A stretch of DNA of 64,000 bases, taken from assembly GCA_973895155.1 (NCBI GenBank), contig OZ316892.1:25443233-25507232 (forward strand), in the 5' to 3' direction. Below, in pieces: positions 13,118-24,217 of the stretch. The notes under the pieces were generated by a model. It did not search any database. It saw only the letters and a program-made list of their open reading frames with translations, and had not been told where the DNA came from. The stretch comes from Marsupella aquatica. Its lineage: Eukaryota; Plantae; Marchantiophyta. A program made the position numbers and the translations under genes. How positions within the stretch are numbered: position 1 is the first letter of the stretch; each line of letters starts with the position of its first letter.

Positions 13118-13528
13118 TCTCAAGCTTCAAAGTTGCGGACAATGGCTTTGGCCATAAACAAATGATAGTAACTTTTTCATAGGGTTATGTAAAAAAAATT
13201 AAATTATTTTCTCACTAGCCTCTATAGTGACTAAAGGTCATGGCATATGGCCAATCTTTATAGCAAAAAGTTATAGACTACCATATTAGGGCGTCTCAAA
13301 GCTCAGAATTTGATGGACCTTAGCTCCATAGTTAGAGACACAAAAGATTACAAACCACCAAATTCATACTCCATAATTTTTTGCCATAAGGACTGGCCGT
13401 AAGCCATTTCCATTAGTCATCTAGATGCTAGTGCACAATTTTTTAAATTTTTTTTATATAACCTTGTGAAAAAGTTATGACCATCCTTTCAGCCCAAAAG
13501 CCATCATCCTTGATTTGGAAGCTTGAGA
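13118..13528. mobile_element. Foldback/MITE-like element with long imperfect inverted arms
   Basis: Ends tctcaagcttc and gaagcttgaga are inverted. Internal blocks pair up: taactttttcatagggttatgtaaaaaaaattaaa with tttaaattttttttatataaccttgtgaaaagttat, and ggccaatctttatagcaaaaagttat with ataatttttgccataaggactggcc. Confidence 0.7.
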
Positions 13529-13940
13529 CCGTAACTCGGTGGGACACATTCTGGTTAATGGGACCCTTAATTAGGTGGGGGACACAGGCTAAGGATCACA
13601 TCTCCCTAGATTTAAGGATGATGGTTAGATTCTGGTTAATTGGGACCATAACTAGGTGGAGAAATATTTTTTATCTGATTATTTTTCTCACTGTCACATC
13701 AAGGGTGATGGTTAGATTCTGGTTAATACAACCGTAACTCGGTGGGACACATTCTGGTTAATGGGACCTTAATTAGGTGGGACACTGGCTAAATAAGGAT
13801 CACATCTCCCTAAATTTAAGGATGATGGTTAGATTCTGGTTAATGGGACCCTAACTAGGTGGGGACACATTCTGGTGGGACACTGGCTAATGAGACAGAA
13901 AAATAGGATAGGAAAGCTTTTTGGGGGAGGTGGAATTTTC
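13529..13940. repeat. Internally duplicated repeat; related copy in inverted orientation at ~37375-37575
   Basis: Recurrent gggacacattctggttaatgggacc and gatggttagattctggttaat. Reverse-complement matches near 37380-37570 include ttccacctcccc, gtctcattagccagtg and cagaatctaacc. Confidence 0.7.
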
Positions 13941-14264
13941 GTGATTTGGCGAATTTTCGCCACTAAAAAGAACGCTGGTACAGTGTACACCTGTCTAGGA
14001 ACCGCGGGAGAAGTGAGAAGGAAGGCGGTGGTTTGATAGGCTGCGGGATCTTTGTGGGCATTCTTCGGCCTCGACTGTAGGATGAGCCTAATTGGATCAG
14101 GCCCTTGCTTGGTGGGTCAGGCGATTCTTTAATTGGGATAACTATAGGCATTGGCAGAGCAGATGATTTGGGTTCTTTGCGTCGCTCCCACCTCGTCGAT
14201 CCATTGGAGACACTTCGAGGATCGTGGTGGTTTGGAGGGTTTTTTTGGTTGTGAATCTTGTCCC

Positions 14265-14795
14265 ATTGAGCTGGTGAAACATGATGAGAGTATGGAGCAC
14301 TTGCCGAGACATGACGAGATGATGGGGCGATGAGCACAGAGCGACAGAGCGACAGAGGATCGGCCGTTCGTTCAGTTGGAGCAGCTGATTCCTGTAAGCC
14401 GATTTTTCTGTCCTCTGGGACTGTTTCCCTAAGGATCGTCGATTTTTTGCAGGGTGTTCGGTTGTGAATCTATTCACATTGAGCTCGGTGAGTGAGTACA
14501 GGATGAGAGGATGGCGCACTTACCAAGCCAGGACGAGATGGTTGGTATGAGCACCGAGCGACAGGGGATCCGGCGAACGTTCAGTTGGTGCAGATGATTC
14601 CTGTCAGCCTATTTTCCCGTTCTCTGGGAATCTCTTCACATTGAGCTGGGTTAGTGAGAACAGGATGAGAGGATAGCGCACTTACTGAGCCACGACGAGA
14701 TGATTGGTATGAGCCAAGAGCGAAAAAGGATCGGCCGTGTGTTCAGTTGGTGCAGCTGATTTCTGTCAGCCGATTTTTCTATCCTCTGGGATTGT
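14265..14795 (+). repeat. Three imperfect ~160-210 bp tandem repeats upstream of the F-box gene
   Basis: Units begin at cattgagct (~14265, ~14477, ~14639) and share gatgagag, gacgagatg, gttcagttgg.gcag.tgatt and tctctggga. Confidence 0.8.
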
Positions 14796-14962
14796 TCTTG
14801 GAGCTGAATTGCCATACATGTAGACGAACTGCTTTCCGCAGTGTTGAAGAGATTTTAGTGCAGTGCTTTTCTGAGCAATTGTTGGTGGCTTGGCACGAGC
14901 AGACACCTCTAGCGTCTACATTCTTACGGGTTCGGGGTCCACTTTTGGACAAGGATTCCACA

Positions 14963-16249
14963 ATGGATTTAAATGATATGTTTCGTCCTCTTCGTTTGGA
15001 GGACGGCGATGGCCAGAACCTGGCATTGGATTCGGTGCGCGGGTTCTACAAATTGCATCCAGACCTTCCAGAACCTGCGGTGGAGACGATTATTTCAGAG
15101 CCTTTACTGGAGGACATTATCCGGAAACACTTGAGCTCGCAGCCCATTCGCAGATTCTTTGAGCTCAGAGTTGTGTGCAAGCACTTGCAGGCATTCTTGA
15201 CCGTTCCTAAGTTACTACAAGCTCACCCAGTTCCTGAATCGTGGATGCTGAAGCAGAATTGTGTGCGGAGAATTGACAACACTGTCACCTTGGACACGTA
15301 CGATGTCCTCCAGAAGAAACCCTTGCTGCTTCCAGTCCCTACACACATTGCTTCGTGCCAGGGCCAACCTGGATTGATTTCCACAGATGAACTCCGAGTC
15401 TCCTCAAGCCAGGGTGGTGAAAGTGGATTGGTTTATTTGGAGAAAAGCGGTGATTCAACCTCCGACTCCAGACGTACAAGAGAATGTTTTGTATTTAATC
15501 CGATGACAAAATCTGCGAGGCAGCTGCGTCTGCACTGTTCAGTTCGACAGGTCGATAGATTTAATTCTGGATATTTGAGCTGGGCTTCCAACCATGGAGA
15601 AGAGATGTTCCCTTTACTGCTTGACCCACTGACTAATACCTGGAACCGAATTGGCTCCGATTTCACAACGAGGGGCCCAATCAGGAAGGAAAAAGCAGTT
15701 GTGAATGAGGTTGTTTACCTACGGTATCAGGGTCGTAGACGTGAATTGAAGGATCAACTCATCATATACGACACGCGTCACAATACCTTCCGAGAGGTGT
15801 CAACAACTGGGTTGCCAGATAACATGGTGGACGAACATTTGTTCCACCATGAGGGCCACATTTACTTGGCAGCTGTGGTATTGGTTCAACCCACAGCTTG
15901 GAAGCGTGTTCTTTTATATGAATTCAAGTCCAGCAGTTCAGAATTGAAATGGGAGATAGTCGGTGAAATACCAGCCCGACTATTGCATGAACTCATTAAT
16001 CCTTACCCTGCAGTTACTAAGCTTAAATTCTTCTACATGGAGCATGAACTCCTGGTGGCAAGTTTTGTGACTAAACGCAGAAGTGATGGTGCCCATGTAT
16101 TCGTTGATGGAGGCGTCTCTCGTTGCCTTGCGGTTGCAGCGTATGATCTCACTTCGCACTCATGGCGCAAGGATGAAAGAAGTCGTTTGGGGCCAGAGCT
16201 CCATGTTAACACCATTGTTTTCAGGCCCAGACTGGACATCGAAGCGTGA
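14963..16249 (+). CDS. Divergent F-box protein with probable kelch-like/beta-propeller C-terminus, intronless (~428 aa)
   Basis: F-box-like LLEDIIRKHLSSQPIRRFFELRVVCKHLQAFL, followed by GLVYL..VFNPMTKS, LDPLTNTW, IYDTRHNTF, WEIVGEIP and AYDLTSHSW. First ATG at 14963. Confidence 0.7.
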   Translation: MDLNDMFRPLRLEDGDGQNLALDSVRGFYKLHPDLPEPAVETIISEPLLEDIIRKHLSSQPIRRFFELRVVCKHLQAFLTVPKLLQAHPVPESWMLKQNCVRRIDNTVTLDTYDVLQKKPLLLPVPTHIASCQGQPGLISTDELRVSSSQGGESGLVYLEKSGDSTSDSRRTRECFVFNPMTKSARQLRLHCSVRQVDRFNSGYLSWASNHGEEMFPLLLDPLTNTWNRIGSDFTTRGPIRKEKAVVNEVVYLRYQGRRRELKDQLIIYDTRHNTFREVSTTGLPDNMVDEHLFHHEGHIYLAAVVLVQPTAWKRVLLYEFKSSSSELKWEIVGEIPARLLHELINPYPAVTKLKFFYMEHELLVASFVTKRRSDGAHVFVDGGVSRCLAVAAYDLTSHSWRKDERSRLGPELHVNTIVFRPRLDIEA

Positions 16250-18495
16250 CGGTTCTTGTGTTTTAAAAGAAACTCCTCGCCTAATTTCAACGGTGTTCAG
16301 CTCCACATTCAGATGTTCTCGAGCAGGTTGAAGGCAATTGTAAACCTGCTATCTCTTCAGATGTGCCAGGTGTCTTCTGCATTCACAAAGTGGTAGGCAT
16401 CTTTTTGTGCAGAAACTCTTTCGTCAGTGTAAAGCATACATCGCAAATGCAATATGATAGAAACTGGTCCTCCCACTTTCAGTATTCAGCTTTATGTCCT
16501 TGTCTGAGCTTGGATCATGTTCTTTAGTAGAGAGTGGTTGATCATATATCTTCAACGTGCAATTGGAGGAAGCATTCCTTTTACAGCCCTTTCGATCTCC
16601 TAGCCTTCTAGTTTGAGCAATTGAAGATAGTCCTGGCCCCCCTGGATGCTGGTAATCCACTTCTCAGTAAAACTGGTGGAGGGAAACAGGATCCTGTTCC
16701 AGACAAAAATATTGACTTGTACATATACGTTTTCAGAGCGAGGGTAGAACGTGAGGGTTCGGGTCTGATCATTGTTTCTGATGAGGTCCTATTGGACACA
16801 CGATCTTTGTTGCTCTGCACCCAATTTATGGAGCTCTGTAGTTTTATATTCTTGAGCAGGGCAAATGCTGTTGTAAAGCCACTATTTTTTAAGATATGTC
16901 AGGGATCTTCTGCACTGGTGAAAATCCTTTTTTGCTCGAAATTGTTTCATCATGGAGACGTTACATGGCGGATGGAAGCCAATGTAAAGTGTTTCTCGCC
17001 ACTATCACTGTTTCAGCTCGATGTGTCAGCTTGGGATGTTTGAAATGGCACAGAGAAAATATGTCGTTCACATATCTTGAACTTTCGATTGTATTAAACA
17101 TTTGTTCTACAGCTCTTCCCGTCTTGAAGCCGTGTAATGTACTGAATTCAAGCGGGTTGTGGCCTCTGCTGGATCCTGGAACTCCGTTCTCAGTTTGTTG
17201 CCATGAAAGGTCATAACAAAATGGGCTTTCAACTTCTTACAGAAGACCAGTACAACTTGAGGTGGAGCGTAGACGTTTACTTTGAGGTATGGGCAAAGAA
17301 GCCTGTTCGGCACGAAATTTTCATCCTGTAGAGAAACAGCAAGACAGTGATAGGAGGTCCTCTCGCTTGAGTCCGAAGTATTTTAGGATGATTAAATCTC
17401 GAGTGCATTGTTGTATCATATTTATGGGAGTAAGGGAAGATTGAGCAGAGGTCAGTGTAGAATGGTTGATAACTACAGATTGGAAGTGCTGCGTTCGATC
17501 ACTCCCAATCTGGAATTATGTCATAAATGTTTTTGGCCCACAGTTCGGAGTCATTTGTGAAAAACGTTACCCTTATTGGTGCATACTTAATGATACATCA
17601 TCAAGACCCATAACTGAATAATTTAGCGTGAGCTTGGATGGGGTAGCTAATGCAATTGTAACTCAGTACAATAAGTACCCTTTTTATGCCAGCGAGAAGG
17701 GGTGTCTTCCATCCAACCTGTTGAACGAACTGAATGACACTTCCTCTGATATATCTAGGAGCATTCATTGTACAGCATAGATTACTTAGGGAAAAGTTTG
17801 GACACAAGAACACTCCCACGCGTTCCCCTTTCAGATGTCTGCGTTATCTTTGATCTATATGGAAGGTACAGCATCGCTTTCATTATGGAAACAGACTGGC
17901 TTTCTATGAACTCCTATCACTATGGTTTTTAGCTTTGTTGTTCATCTGCTGTAAAATTGCATCGATCATCCAACCTCAAATTTGAATACATTAATCGATA
18001 ATTGGCAAAGAAGTCTACACTGCCATGAGAAAAGTGAGGCAATGGAATTACGTTAGGACTGGCAGGGGTTGTTAGAGTACTTTCATCTTCCGGACTCTAG
18101 AAACTCATCCTTTCTGGACAAACCTCATACTCGCTTTTCCTCTGTTCATTAGAGGTGAGCGGACATGTACTCCGTACTCATATAGATTGAGAATGCCTGA
18201 GGAATTTGGTAGTCCCAGATCAAAAATCCTTACCTATCACCATTGCGCATACAGTGTGCCGACGAAATGTGCGGCGAGTGTGGAGTAACAAATTTGAGAG
18301 GATCAAACGAATATATTGCGTTCTTGAAATATTTAAATTCGAGTCGTCAGATCTTCCATCGACGCCTTAAATGTTACGAAAAGGTTCGCCACAAACATGG
18401 TGGTCCCGGTGATATCTTGCAAGGAATCTTCTACCACATCCCACTATAGGTGTTCCGAAACTTACTGTACAACTTGAAAGTTCCTGGAATTATGC

Positions 18496-18685
18496 ATACC
18501 TGTGGGTCCCCTAGGATCAAGTGTTGTATCTGTTCTCATCCGTTTAATTTTTGATACGACGGTTATCGATCCTCATAATAATCTTTCTCGTGGGTGCAGA
18601 TTTGGGATGAGATGCGCGCTCCTCAGGATCTGCCAGTGCCGCCTTCGTATGGCACTACTTCCAAAGATAAGCTCAGCCCATCTCC
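18496..18685 (+). ncRNA. U2 snRNA-like sequence (variant or pseudogene), copy 1
   Basis: ATACC...CTAGGATCAAGTGTTGTATCTGTTCTCATCCGTTTAATTTTTGATA versus U2 CTAAGATCAAGTGTAGTATCTGTTCTTATCAGTTTAATATCTGATA. The 3' GCACTAC loop is present and a USE-like taccacatcc lies ~60 bp upstream. The Sm site is degenerate. Confidence 0.75.
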
Positions 18686-18728
18686 CTCACCGAGAAACAA
18701 ATGAAAGCAACTAAGATAATTAATTGAA

Positions 18729-18905
18729 CAGTTGTGTCTATCCTCGTCAGTTTAATCTCTAATACGACCATTATCGATACCCACAAAAATCTTATTCTCG
18801 TGGGTGCAGATTTGGACGAGGCGGGGCACGGGGTGCTCGCTCCTCAGAATCTGCCACTGCGAGTTTGTAGTGCACTACTTCCAAGACAAGAGCAGCCAAC
18901 TCACT
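18729..18905 (+). pseudogene. U2 snRNA-like tandem copy 2, 5'-truncated
   Basis: tcagtttaatctctaatacg...tctcgtgggtgcagatttgg...atctgcca...gcactacttccaaga parallels copy 1. Confidence 0.65.
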
Positions 18906-20808
18906 CACCGAGGATGAAAGCAAGGTCTAAAGGACATTTACTTGCATGATGAAGTCCTGCTTTCCAGCAAAGGCTAGCTGGTTTGTGCGAGTTGGTAGAT
19001 TTACCTTGTGAATTTTGGAAATTACTTGAGAAGATTCAGTCATCAAATATATTTGATGTTGGGCAGGATTGTCGATTATCTCTGCAAGGAGAGCACTCCA
19101 TGATGTTCTTTCAAACGACCTCTTAGATTCATTTGTCCATTCTTCGACCTTATCCATGTATAATTGCGGATTCCTTACTTCTCATGTAAAGTCGAGTCAG
19201 GATCATGTCATTCCCTAGTGATTGAGCTCACTCAGGAAAAAACGATCATTTCGCAGGTTCCGCTTAGTGACCAGGTTCCGCTTAGTGACCTTCGTCTGAG
19301 AGGCTTACTTCGGAGCTAACGATCATTTCTCATGGCCTCTAGGCAGGTTCCCCTTGGTGATCTTCCTTTGAGGTTTTCAGCTCACTAGGGTATTAGCCTT
19401 CGACTCCTTTGTTTGTTACTTTTTGGTCTTTGTTTCTTCATCACCTTTTGGTTGGGACCCTTTGGCTTGTTTTTATGGGGCAGTCTCTTCTCTTTTCCTC
19501 CCCTTCATTGGGTTGCTTTGCCATTGGGACCATGTCTCCTGGTTTGACATTTTTGGCAGTTGGGCATTGTGATATAATTTTTTTCCAAGACATTGATTCA
19601 TTCTCGGTTCTCAGAAAACCATTCTTAGATAATCCCCGGACATTATTTCCGAGAGATCGGGGCTACTATTGTTCCAATGAAACATTCAATCTATAGAAAT
19701 GTTGTCCTGAAAAGTGAGAATATTAGGCCCAATCTGAGACAATCCTGGATACTATTTCTGGGATTATGTCTGATTGGTTCTTGTTTCAAACATTTTAACC
19801 AGAATATATACTCACCGTTTGACCATTGATTGACAGTACTGAGAGATCTCCTGGAGAGAGCAAACAGGTCAAAGCTGCCCTTTTCCAGATTTCACAATTT
19901 TATCTTCCATATATAGCATGTTCATCTTACTATAGCATGTTCATCCTACTACATGCCTATTTTGAATTATCTCAAATAAGTGAAATGAGGAGACATTTTA
20001 ATTTGACTAGTTTATGGTATTAAAAGAATGATTATAAGAAAGTTAATGAAAAAACTGCACACCTTTTAAAAATGAGAAAAGTACAATACTTGAAGACATG
20101 TGCATTAATTTCAAGGTACTAGTCAATGTATTTGTATATTAAGTACAACACTTTATGATTGAAAGAGAAAACGTGAACTAGTGAACTTTGTTTTAAAGTG
20201 ACACTTTTTACACCTTCACTTGTTGACACTCTCCTTGTTTCCAACACTCAACCAGGTTGCACAGGTGTTCATGACTACAACATGCTCATCCGAAACATGC
20301 TTGAGTTTTTGTCTTGTAGTGATTTGAAAGTAAATAAAATATGAGAACATAACTATAAGAATTGGTGCACATTGACCAATGAAAAGTATAATCAAGGATG
20401 TTACTATGTGTGCACTTAATTAATTCAATGTACTCATGAATGACACCCATTTCAATAAAAACCATAAACTTAAGAAAAAAGGACATGAGGGGAACTCAAG
20501 ACATAATCAAAATCATTTCTCTCATTCATGATAATGTTCAAGTGGTGGAGCCCTTCATTTCATCTCTAATAAATCACAAACATTAAAATTTATAAAGGGA
20601 CTGCCAAAATAAGTTCAAAATACTTTAGAATCCTAAAAATTAAAGTGGTCCATAAATTAAATAAAAATGTAAATTAAGGGGTCCATAAAATGATATAGAA
20701 ATGTATACTATACACAAGTGTATTTGCTCGTCATTGTTATTGAGTCTGTGAGGGGTAATTGCCAGTTTGTTTTAAGGATCAGTGTCCTTAGGTTTTGACC
20801 TACCTTAC

Positions 20809-21140
20809 TGTTAAACTATGACGTCTTCCTTCATGACGATCCAATCATTACTCATTCTATGCACACGTAGTTGACACAATCTCTACGTGGTTCACCTCTT
20901 CTCCAAGGCTACATCCACATGAACACTCAAGTTTTACTTCAAGAGTAGACGAACACACATGCTCTCCCTCTTCCTCAAGTTGCTCCGTTACAATGAGTAA
21001 GCACCACACACCAGCGGCTTACACTAGCCCTGGTATATACAAGGTCACACACAACTAACCTAACCTCAGCTAAGATCCTAACTGTGGTTAGCCTAAGTGT
21101 TGTAATCTATGAGTCACAAGACTAAGAGCTATCCTTAACA
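20809..21140 (-). repeat. 3' LTR of copia-2
   Basis: Direct repeat of 36466-36797. Confidence 0.97.
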
Positions 21141-21347
21141 AACTCGGGCCCCTTGACTCTAGTCTTGGGGACTGCAATTTTTGCTATCCATATGAGATAC
21201 TCAGCGGGAAATTCTAGACAATCACCTAAAACCATAGGTGTTTCCCTAAAAACCATTTAAGGTTAACTAAGGGTTAACTAGAATTAAGCCGTAGCCATAA
21301 CAGGATTGAGTAACCCATATACATAAATTACATATTGTTAAGTTACT

Positions 21348-23896
21348 CTACTTGTGCTGCAAATGCAAAACTTGCAAAGTAGCACGGTGTCTTGAGTAAC
21401 TCTCCAAAGGAATCACTTTGGTAAAAGCATCAGCCAGGTTGAGTTTTCCATCAATCTTGACTAGCTCAAACATTTTATCAGACATTGCTTGCCTAATAAA
21501 ATGGTACCTGATGTCAATGTGTTGCACCCTGCTATCCATAACCTGGTTAATAGTTAGGTGAAGCGCACTTTGGCTGTCACAATGAAGAGTCATTTTCCAT
21601 GCTCCAATCCCATCTCAGTGACCAGCTTATCCAACCAAATTGCTTCCTTTGTTGCTTCTGTTGCTGCAACATATTTTGCTTCTGTAGTAGACTGAGATAC
21701 ACACTTCTGCAAGGTAGATCTCCAACTTATGCATCCTCCTCCAAGAGTAAACACATACCCAATCGTTGACCTCCTTGTTTCCAGACAGCCTCCGTAGTCA
21801 GAATCTACATAGCCAACCAAAGAATTGGTTTTGTTTGATCTACTATCAAACAACAGACCATAGTCTATTCTGCCCTTAAGATACCTGAGAATCCATTTCA
21901 CAGCCTCCCAATGTACCTTCCCTAGATTTGACATGAATCTACTCACTTTGCCCATTGCTAGGGCTAGATCAGGCCTGGTACATGTCATCAAATACATTAG
22001 ATTGCCCATTGCCTTCTCATAAGGAACCTTAGTCATCAAGCCTCTCTCCACTGGATCCATGGGGCAGAAGCCGATGATAACTTGAAATGTGAAGCCAAAG
22101 GAATACGTACTGTCTTACAATTTTCCATGTTGAATCTTGCAAGTACCTTTTCAGCATACTTGCCTTGATTCAACCACAACTGTCCAGTTTCAAAGTTCCT
22201 CGTAATCTCCATACCTAAGATCCTTTTGGCTTTCCCAAGATCCTTCATTCGGAATTCAGAACTCAATTTTTCTTTGAGTTTGTCAACCTCAGTTTGATCC
22301 TTAGCCGCAATCAACATGTCATCCACATAGAGCACCAGAATGAGCAAACTAAACACACCATTCTTGACTGATTTTGTATACATACAAGGGTCACACACCA
22401 TCCTAGTGAATCCTTGTGCAAGCATGAAATTATCAAACTGCTTGTTCCACTGCCGAGGAGCTTGCTTCAATCCATACAAGGACTTAAGTAACCTGCAAAC
22501 TAAACTCTCTTGGCTCTTCTTCACAAAGCCCAGTGGTTGCCTCATGAAAATTTGTTCCTCCAAGGTGCCATAGAGAAAAACAGTAACAACATCCATTTGA
22601 TCTAACACCAAATCAAAAAACACAACAAGTTGACACAAAATTTGTATCATGGAATACTTGGCAACTGGAGAGAAGACCTCATTGTAATCCACTCCCTTCT
22701 CTTGAGTGAATCCCTTGGCAACAAGCCTTGCCTTGTATATCTTGTCTCCTCCATCTGAAGAGTTGTCCTTCAGCTTGTAAATCCACTTGCTATCCACCAC
22801 TTGTTGATCACTTGGCAGCTGCACCAGCTCCCATGTTCTGTTGTCACTTAAAGATTACAACTCCCTCTGCATCGCTGCATTCCATTCATCTTTCTCGTCT
22901 GAAATGCACGCCTTATGATAAGAAAAAGGTTCTCCTTCTTCCAAGATCAGTGCTCTGTCATCATCATCAGGTGCAATGTCAATATCATCTAACCTTATGA
23001 ATTTGTCCATTGTCCATACCTTGTAGGAGCTCGAGTAGTATGTCTCAATTTTCTAGCTGATGATTCTGGATGATCTTGTTCTGTTGGTTGAATTGGAGGT
23101 ATTCCAACAACAGCCTGCTCCTCTTGTTCCATTACCGGAATCAGCTCCATTCTCTGAGCACCTCCTTCATTTATGTCATGAAAATTCTCATGACCAATCT
23201 CCCCCACAACATGGTCCAGGATAGGAAATTTACCTTTGTCAGTACGGGAAGCCTGAGCATTCTCCCCCTTTGATGATCTGGATTCATTAAATGATACATC
23301 TCTACTGACAAGCAACGTACAAGCTTCTGGATCCCATAGCCTGTACCCTTTCACACCTGGTTGATAACCAAGAAAAAGACACTTCTTGGAAGTAGAATCT
23401 AGTTTAGATCGATGTTGCTTAGGTGTGAGAGCATATACATTACTTCTAAAGACTCTCAAAACCTGATAGTCTGCATGCCGTCCATACCTCATTTCAAACG
23501 GTGTCTTGAAATTGATTGCACTTGAAGGAGAAAGATTTACCAAATAAGTTGTCGTATTTACAGCTTCAGCCCAAAATTCATGCGATAAACCTGATTGGCT
23601 CAACATACTCCTTGATCGCTCCAATAGTGTTCGGTTCAGCCGCTCACAAACACTATTCTATTGAGGAGTATAAATTATCGTGAGATGACAAGTAATCCCT
23701 TGCTCTGCCCAATACAGTTCAAATTCACTTGAATTGTACTTCCCGCTGTTATCTGATCGTAGATATCTCACCTTGGATCCATTTTGATTCTTAATTTGGG
23801 CTTTTTACTTCTTAAAAGTGCCAAAAACTTTAGACTTGGCGTGTAGAAATGTGATCCACACATATCGTGAGTAATCATCAATGAATGTGACATAGT
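21348..23896 (-). pseudogene. copia-2 pol, 3' part (integrase core, RT, RNase H), decayed
   Basis: YVTFIDDYSRY, FWAEAVNT, SKKCLFLGY, YKARLVAKGF, YVDDML, QHIDIRYHFIR; stops and frameshifts. Confidence 0.95.
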
Positions 23897-23920
23897 AATA
23901 AGAAGCCTTAAAGGATGGGT
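23897..23920 (+). repeat. Left terminal inverted repeat
   Basis: AATAAGAAGCCTTAAAGGATGGGT; 22/24 identical to the reverse complement of 33216-33239. Confidence 0.93.
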
Positions 23921-24217
23921 CTAAGGCCTTAATTCCTTTTTTCAAAAAATTATGATTTTTAGAAATGTAGTCCTAAAACAAGCAATAAAATCAGCATATT
24001 TGTTTGACATTCATCCTTTGCATTTTAAACTAGACTTTACATCAATGTTTGAGACAAAACATATTCAAAACTTGATTTTCATAGCATTGACCTGTCAAAA
24101 ACAATCATTTATATCATAGTCTAGGCTCCAAGGCCATTGACATCTCAAAACTTGCAAGTAAAGTCTACTTCTATGCAACTAAAACAACCCTAAAAAGTCT
24201 TACAGAAATATCCTCAG

